Source: Tubulanus polymorphus (taxonomy: Eukaryota; Animalia; Nemertea). From it: 64,000 nt of DNA. The position numbers and the translations under genes were made by a program. Below the pieces are notes generated by a model that worked only from the letters and a program-made list of their open reading frames with translations, was not told where the DNA came from and made no database searches. Positions 57,043 through 64,000 of the stretch are shown one piece after another; the stretch's first letter is position 1, and every line of letters begins with the position of its first letter. The stretch spans positions 1,798,001 to 1,862,000 of the forward strand of contig NC_134036.1 in NCBI RefSeq assembly GCF_964204645.1, written 5' to 3'.

Positions 57043-57330
57043 GCCAGTCTAAGCTCATTTTAGTTCTATAACCAAACTAACAACTTGGGACCAGTCTAAG
57101 CTCATTTTGATTCTATAACCAATCTAACAACTTTACAAGACCAGTCTACGCTCATTTTGGTTCTATAACCAATCTAACAACTTTACAAGACCAGTCTAAG
57201 CTCATTTTGGTTCTATAACAAATCTAATAACTCAAGACCAGTCTAAGCTCATTTTGGTTCTATAACAAATCTAATAACTCAAGACCAGTCTTAGCTCATT
57301 TTGGTTCTATAATCAATCTAACAACTTGAT
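57043..57330. repeat. 47-bp minisatellite, third array (about 6 units)
   Basis: Same unit; further decayed copies at about 59130-59300. Confidence 0.9.
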
Positions 57331-58205
57331 ACCACTTTTAGACTGCCCTGATTCAACCCTGACTAAATTTGAGTTTATTATTACGCAATGCGTCACTCTG
57401 ATGACGATGACTCCGATAACAAAAAATAAGGACTAATCAACGCGCGTCATAAAGTTCGGGTTGGTATCAAATATTAATCGTGTTCGATCGGGACGGGGAA
57501 AACAACTTTTCGAAAAACGCAAGATTAATCCGCGTGTATGGCAGAAAGTAGTTCATGAATTATTCAAGATGGCGCCGGTCGCGTGACCACATGACATCAA
57601 GAGAGACAATTTCCAAATTAACTTTACAGCGTTCATACTCGCATGCCAGGGCAAGAAACGCACCTGGGATCAAGTCAAATTACTTTCCTTAAGTCTGATT
57701 AAATATTTTATTATTTATTTGTTTGCCTTTTCTTTTTTCGCTTTATCCATGCATAACGTAAGAGGATATCGTTCTACATAGATTTAATGACGCATGTGAC
57801 TCTGCAACAGGCTATTCGTGGTTTTTGTTTTTCGGTTGTTCAACTTGCTCCCTTTTTCCTCTTCTTATAGAAACTACTTTATCAAGGACGGATCCATAAA
57901 TAGCATATCGTGTGTATTTGTGAACAAAGATTTTTTCAGTTCTAAAAAAAGAGACACCGCCTTGTAAAATTTCAAACGATGGTCCATTCTGTTAAGTCGT
58001 CACCGCCCTCAATTCAGGGAATGGTTTATGCAGATCAGTTGAAACACAGAGCGGGACCTTAGTGAACTATGAATAGTGTACGGTGTCAAAGAAAGTGCGA
58101 TATACCTACTAATCGATGATTTGAAGGGTGTGGTCCCCAAAAAACTGGGATATTGAATATTTAGTTATTTTCTTATTATATAGAAATGTATTATGCAAAA
58201 TGAGA

Positions 58206-58356
58206 CTTCAGGGCCCGGTTCTGTAGTCAAGACTTAGGACCAAAAGTGGTCTTAAAATCTTACGATTGGTTTTAAGTTGTTAGATTGGCTATAGAACTAA
58301 GTTTGTCTTAGAATTGTCTTAAGTTTAAGCCCTGACTATGGAACCAGCCCCTGAAG
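58206..58356. mobile_element. 150-bp MITE containing a 47-bp-minisatellite-like monomer
   Basis: TIR cttcagggcccggttctgtagtcaagactta / taagccctgactatggaaccagcccctgaag; internal ttaagttgttagattggctatagaac. Confidence 0.75.
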
Positions 58357-58519
58357 GCACAAAATCTTTGATAAGACCCGTGGGGCAACTCGAGATTGAA
58401 AAGTAGGCCTAGATACTAACAGCCTTCAGGGCAGATCACCATCTCTGATAACAACACCCATGTCAGTCTTCAGGAAGCATATGCGATGATGTTAATAAGA
58501 TAAAATCCCACTATTTACA

Positions 58520-58790
58520 GATTAAAAGAATTTAAAAACCAGAATTTATTTATTCAATCTAAAATATAAGAACACGACGTTTCGATCTCACCCTAGAGAT
58601 CATCGTCAGGTGTGTCGTCATCGTCAGGTGTGTGATAAGATTAAAAACGGGGGTATATATACAGAGGAGGACAGGTTAATTGAGTAAATTGGTGAGTTAG
58701 TAAATAATTAGTGTTATGCAAGGCATGAAGTGATATACTTAGAAAGAAGGGAATTATGCGGAGAAAAGATGTAAGAGTTGTATGTTGTAA
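58520..58790 (-). mobile_element. Penelope-like retroelement pLTR remnant (boundaries approximate)
   Basis: On the minus strand: TATATATA (58661-58654), then the hammerhead, then AATAAA (about 58554-58545), the usual pLTR order. Confidence 0.6.
58572..58613 (-). ncRNA. Minimal type-I hammerhead ribozyme (Penelope-like element type)
   Basis: ACAC-CTGACGA-T-GATCTC-TAGGGT-GAGATC-GAAA-C-GTC-GTGT: intact core, perfect 6-bp stem II, palindromic ACGT stem III, 4-bp stem I, GUC cleavage triplet. Confidence 0.85.
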
Positions 58791-61609
58791 AGCATCCCAA
58801 ATCAGCTGCTCTGATGGAGTTAAGAGTCCTATGCAGTCTTTCGGAGGTACATCATCTCATATACAGTTAATGTCATAAAGCATCCCAAATCAGCATCTCT
58901 GCCAAGGTGCTTAAGCATCCAGTGCAGTTTTCAAGGAGGCATAACATTCCAGCTAATGTTGTAATGCATCCCAAACCGGCATCTTTTTCAAGGTGCCAAA
59001 GCATCCTACGTGTGCACAGTAAAGAGGCACCTGATAAAGTCGAAATGGCAAATAAGCATTCTAGGCATTCTAAAAGTCAGCGTTTGGTTGTATGGTGGAG
59101 TAAAAGTGTCATAGCATGTACGAACTTTTAGCCTGGGTCAGGTCAGGGCTTAGACTTCAGGCCAATCTAAAATCACGTTGGTTCTATAGCCAATCTTACA
59201 ATTTCTGCCATGTCTAAAAGCTCCATTTCGGTATTGCGTATAACCAATCTAACAACTTAAGACCATTTTTAGTCCATCGTGGTTCGACTTAAGGCCAGTC
59301 TCGAGATTTAATACCACTTTTCGATTGAAGTCGCGACTCTGGATCCTGGGTCTGCATTGAGTTAGCCCCAGGTTTAGTTAAGTTAAGTTAATACCAGTTT
59401 ATAAAACCGGGTCCACGGGTTTTGGTTAACCCACATGAAAAAATGCATCTTGCATTATTGAACCATACGCACATATATGTACGTACATGTAAGTATAACT
59501 TTGAATAACGTTACATTGTGAATTAGAAGCACGCATACGACAAAAGGGCGTAGTCTTCTATTGGAAAATCAATTCATCGGCTGACCCCCCGCGGCGATCA
59601 CATATACATCTCTCTATCACATATCGTCTGCGATGTTATTGTCTGTTCTCCCGTCACCAATTACACAGTTTATTTATAATCCAGCATTCTCTCTCTGTCG
59701 TTCTGTATATCAGGAGTAACGTGCATTAGGTAAAAACGCCATCGGGCACCTTTTTACCCGATACCCGCCCAAATTGAACCCTCACCTGCCGCAGCCGCTT
59801 CCCGCACTGTTCATCACCCTCCCAGCCCACAGGCGTTTCACGGCAACGGCAACAATAGAAAACTAATCGATCGAGTGATGGATAGGCGCGCGTCGGCTTT
59901 GTTTCAGTTTTGGAATGATGGAAATGTCTTTCTCAGGTAACCCTACAGCTACCCTACCCTACACTCTCAACTGCTCCAAGAAACAAAGGGCCGAGAATGG
60001 TGATAGCTAATTCTCTCATGACTGACAGGAAAACTCTAATACAAGCAAATTACCCTGGAATTTTACCGAAAAATAGAAATACTAAATTAATACCTAAAAA
60101 ATTCATAAGCTTGTCCTCTGTATTTTCCAAAAATGAATTAATGTTTTCCAATTAGCTTTCTTCCGAGTGCCTTTTTCATTATTCATGATGTACCCTATTT
60201 TGGAAGGTGCTCTATATCTGATAGCCTTATCGGGAGGGAATACTGTATCTTCGCCGTATTGTGGGATTCTCTTTATATTATCTTCACATCACGGATATTG
60301 TGTCTTATTGGTGGTGATCGGAATGGCAGTATCAAGATTCGATCGATTTAGAATGATCAAAAATTATAATAGTCCTAGATTAAAGCGTCTATGCGTCCTT
60401 GGAGTGTAATCAGACTGATTTCTCCTATATGCATCGTACCTACGAGCATTTATCTGAACTCGTAGATCGTACCAACTTGCGTCTAACTACAAGTAGCCTC
60501 TGGTGATGATTGTGGCCTGGAGTTAATTGTATTCAAACTGGAACTTTACTGGTGTACATCTATGGACTCGTGGTCAAATCATCAGGCAGGATCCACATCC
60601 CCGCGGTCAAACCGTCTGCTCAGAATTTACCCGCAGTTGTTACAATGACACCAAGAAGTGAAATAACATCTGTTCGTGGCGTTTACCGGTCTGTTCGCGG
60701 CCACGTGACTGGTCAGTTGCGGTAATTAGTATCAAACCAGGCGACCATCGGTCGTCCAAGCGGCGCAACACGTGACCCGTGACGTCATGCCTTTTGACCG
60801 ACAGGTGCCCGCGTCATCGAGTCCATCTCTTGTTAATTAAGCTGTGAGACAGCGGTGTGTTAATTATACAAGTGTCTATATCACGTACGCGCTCCGAGGA
60901 GAGTAGAACTATATAATATGGGAATTTGAGAAGATGGTGGCTTAGTGGGAGCTTTTCTTTGAGTGAAATGCTTTGATATATCCTCCCATAGCAGCTCCAG
61001 ATGTGTCATTTACATCTTGGAATGGTTCTGATTTATCCAAGGTTGTCAGACAAAATTTTTGCCAATCGGTCAAAATCCTTGATCTGGTGATGGAGAGGAG
61101 AAAGTGTGTGAGAGAGGAGGGGGGAGAGATGAGGAAGGTGACTGAATGAACTGTAGTTGGTCCAGTGAGGAGGGAGAGGTGATAGGAGAGAGGAGAGGAG
61201 AGAGAGAGGGTGACTGAATAAATGAGAGGTAGTGGGTCCAGTGAGAGAGAGGAGAGGGGAGGGAGAGGATAGGAGAGAGAGGAGAGAGAGGGGAAGATAT
61301 ATGAGGAGAGGAGGGGGAGAGAGAGGAGGTGACTGACTGAATGAATAAGCTGTGTGAGGGAGAGGAGAGAGAGAGAGTGTTTGTAGTAGATCCCGTGGGA
61401 GCCGAAATTAAATCGACTCATTGAATGTATTATAAATGAACATGTGTGCAACACTCTATTGATGTTGATGTCGGTCGGAAAGAGAGAATTAGTTTGAATC
61501 ACGCGAATTCATTTCCCACCCGATACACACACGACAAATACCTATAAATAAATAACTAACGTCGTATATAACACAAGACTCGTGTGCGTCGAGTCAAAAA
61601 TGTTACTTC

Positions 61610-61927
61610 GAAATCTAAACATATCCTAATCACCCAAAACCAAGAGTCCATTTCAATGCGTGCGAAATAGAAGATCTTTTCGACAAAGATAACACTGAGC
61701 TGATTACATTTAAAGACTTTTTTCTTCCAAAGAAACCGAAACGCATGTACTACTAGGACTTCCAGAATACTAAGGCTCCAGAAATCAAAACATATCCTAG
61801 TCGCCCCAAACGAAGAGCCCATTTCAATGCATGCGAAATAGAAGATCTTTTCGACAAACATAACACTGAGCTGATTCCATTTTAAGACCTTTTTCTCTCA
61901 AAGAATGTACAACGTACTAGGACTTCC
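61610..61927. repeat. 171-bp tandem duplication
   Basis: gaaatc(t/a)aaacatatccta at 61610 and 61781. Confidence 0.9.
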
Positions 61928-62663
61928 CGACTTCCCGGATTTGATAGAACTGTCTCTAGAAATGTAAACATTTCCTTTAATCCAACTCACTCGAGCTCTG
62001 TCAACTAACGGGATTCATTCTTGACTGCAAACTTGTAGACCTAACTGCAAGATGTCTCAATATCATGTCAACCTATAGTTCGTTTCAAATCAAATTTTAG
62101 ACGTCGCTGTTTCTATTTTTTAGACGCACGTGTGCATACAACGAACTGCTATCGATTTAATGTCAAAAGGAATTAAAGTTCATCGTCAAGATTTCAATCA
62201 GATCGACTCATCGCATTCGACGTAAGAGCGTCCATACGCAGTATCCGGGCTACAGAAGCTTTTTTACCAAATATATATTTACGCACCACGACGGATTATG
62301 AACTTTTTTGTATATAAGTCTAATGTGCGCAAGTTTTCTTGGCCCGTGTCGGGCTTTTTGAGGGGTAGTTCTATATCAAGAAAACAATGCACTTTTTACC
62401 GTGAAAGGGGTACTTTCCAAAAAAATGAAAATTGTATCACTCGAGCTGTCAACTAACTGGATTCCTTCTTGACTGCAAACTTTTAGGCCTAACTGCAAGA
62501 TGTCTCACAATCTCAAGTCTCCAATTGTATCCAAAATGTTGACCCTAATTCTTTTATATATATTGACTTTTTGAAGGGCACTTCGAAAGTTTAAGGGGTT
62601 CGTTCGCAACTCCAGAAACCCCTCCGACACGTGCCATTGCAAATAAGTCCACAGTTTGGTATT

Positions 62664-62785
62664 AAATGACCCCGGCTCGAATACCCCCTACATTGGGATG
62701 GGACAAATGACCCCGGCTCGAATACCCCCTACATTGGGATGGGACAAATGACCCCGGCTCGAATACCCCCTACATTGGGGTGGGA
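62664..62785. repeat. 41-bp tandem repeat, 3 copies
   Basis: Unit aaatgaccccggctcgaataccccctacattgggatgggac. Confidence 0.95.
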
Positions 62786-63466
62786 TGAGAGATGGTGAAC
62801 TTGAGACGAAATGGGATGATATTGATTAAAAAGAATTTCACCTTCAATTATTGCCTTGCTTTCATTGTAGAGACTTTGACGTCAGTTTGGAGCCGTCTTG
62901 TTTCAACTACTCGCCGGAAAAAACCATCCTAGAATAAAACAGTTACAAAATCTTGTGAAAGGATTCATTGCCGAATAAAATCAGCTGCACGGATCCATCG
63001 AGGCCTATATATTTGTCGGAAAATTTCGGCCTAATTTCGATCCTACTGTCGGCTACACTGATGGGTGACTAGCTCAGATAGGCCTAGACTACAGTGAACA
63101 AAATAATTTCTTTTTTAATTCACATATACACGTAAGTTCAGGCCCATTAAACCTGTATCATTGGCGGGCCTATTGATGAACATATTTTGGTGATGTCTTA
63201 CTTCAAAAATTTACAAGATGGATGAACAGACTTTAAAGAATTCACCAGAAGTTCAGGTCTATGGAACTATATTGTTTGAAGGCCTTCTTAATGGACACAT
63301 TTTTGGTACCTAACTTTGAAAAATTTACAAGTTCAGGCAATAGAACTAAAGCTCGAAGGCCTTTTAATGGAGACACTTTGAAAAATTCAGGCAGCTACAG
63401 TTTGGAGGCCTTATTAATGAACAAACATTTTGGCAGCTTTCTTTGAAATTCACCACAAGTTCAGGC

Positions 63467-63563
63467 TTCACCCGCAGCACTGGCAGTGGTTGTCTCCACC
63501 AGTGGTCTCCGTCGCTCTACGATCCTAGTGTAACCAACATCAGACACTAAGATTCTTGGTGAA
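63467..63563. mobile_element. About 95-bp dispersed element with TTCACC...GGTGAA ends (copies at 22981-23079 and 49863-49948; fragments near 4682 and 18904)
   Basis: Shared core cgtcgctctacgatcctagtg and imperfect terminal inverted repeats. Confidence 0.7.
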
Positions 63564-64000
63564 GTTCAGGCCTATACTGTGAGAACTATCGTTTGAAGGC
63601 CTTTTTAAAATGAACTCATTATTTGGTGGCGAACTTTAAGAGTCGGCACAAGAAGTTCAGATCTCTAGAATAATGTCGGGCGTTCTGAGGTGTCGGTCGG
63701 CAGCCTCACATTGTAAGAACTATTTGAGATTTTTTGGGTTAGGATTAGGCCTTATTCATTCAACTGATGCTAATGCGATAAATAAAAATAGGTCTTGATC
63801 GTCACGGAAGGAGAAATTGGAACTCATTTGGTTCTCTTTAAAGGCAGCATTTATTTTAAGGCTCCTTTAGGCTTCATACGTGTCATGTTCAACTGTGTAG
63901 GCCCATAATAAACTGATATCTGAGCGGGCTTGCCGTAATAGGCCAAGAACTAGGGTTTTAGGCTTGTACTCGGACAGATCTTTTTTTAGAAAAGATCTGC

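Overview
AT-rich animal (probably invertebrate) genomic DNA; there is no operon, CRISPR array, rRNA or tRNA. It reads as a very long intronic/regulatory region of a minus-strand gene, packed with minisatellites (109, 60, 47, 38, 120 bp and other units), microsatellites and short non-autonomous DNA transposons. Nearly all ORFs in the track are repeat or chance artefacts; only one coding exon is convincing (1511-1663, minus). Highlights: (1) two near-perfect branchpoint/polypyrimidine/AG|GTAAGT junctions on the minus strand, about 30.6 kb apart, each opening an exon closed by a downstream donor, the signature of recursive splicing (RS-exons); (2) an intact minimal type-I hammerhead ribozyme in a Penelope-like pLTR, plus two decayed copies; (3) three P-superfamily-like excision footprints with 7-bp TSDs within 300 bp; (4) an orientation-biased cluster of CTCF-like motifs; (5) a 47-bp minisatellite whose unit also sits inside a MITE and which has evolved different higher-order repeats at two loci. 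Everything was read by eye, with no searches or folding run.
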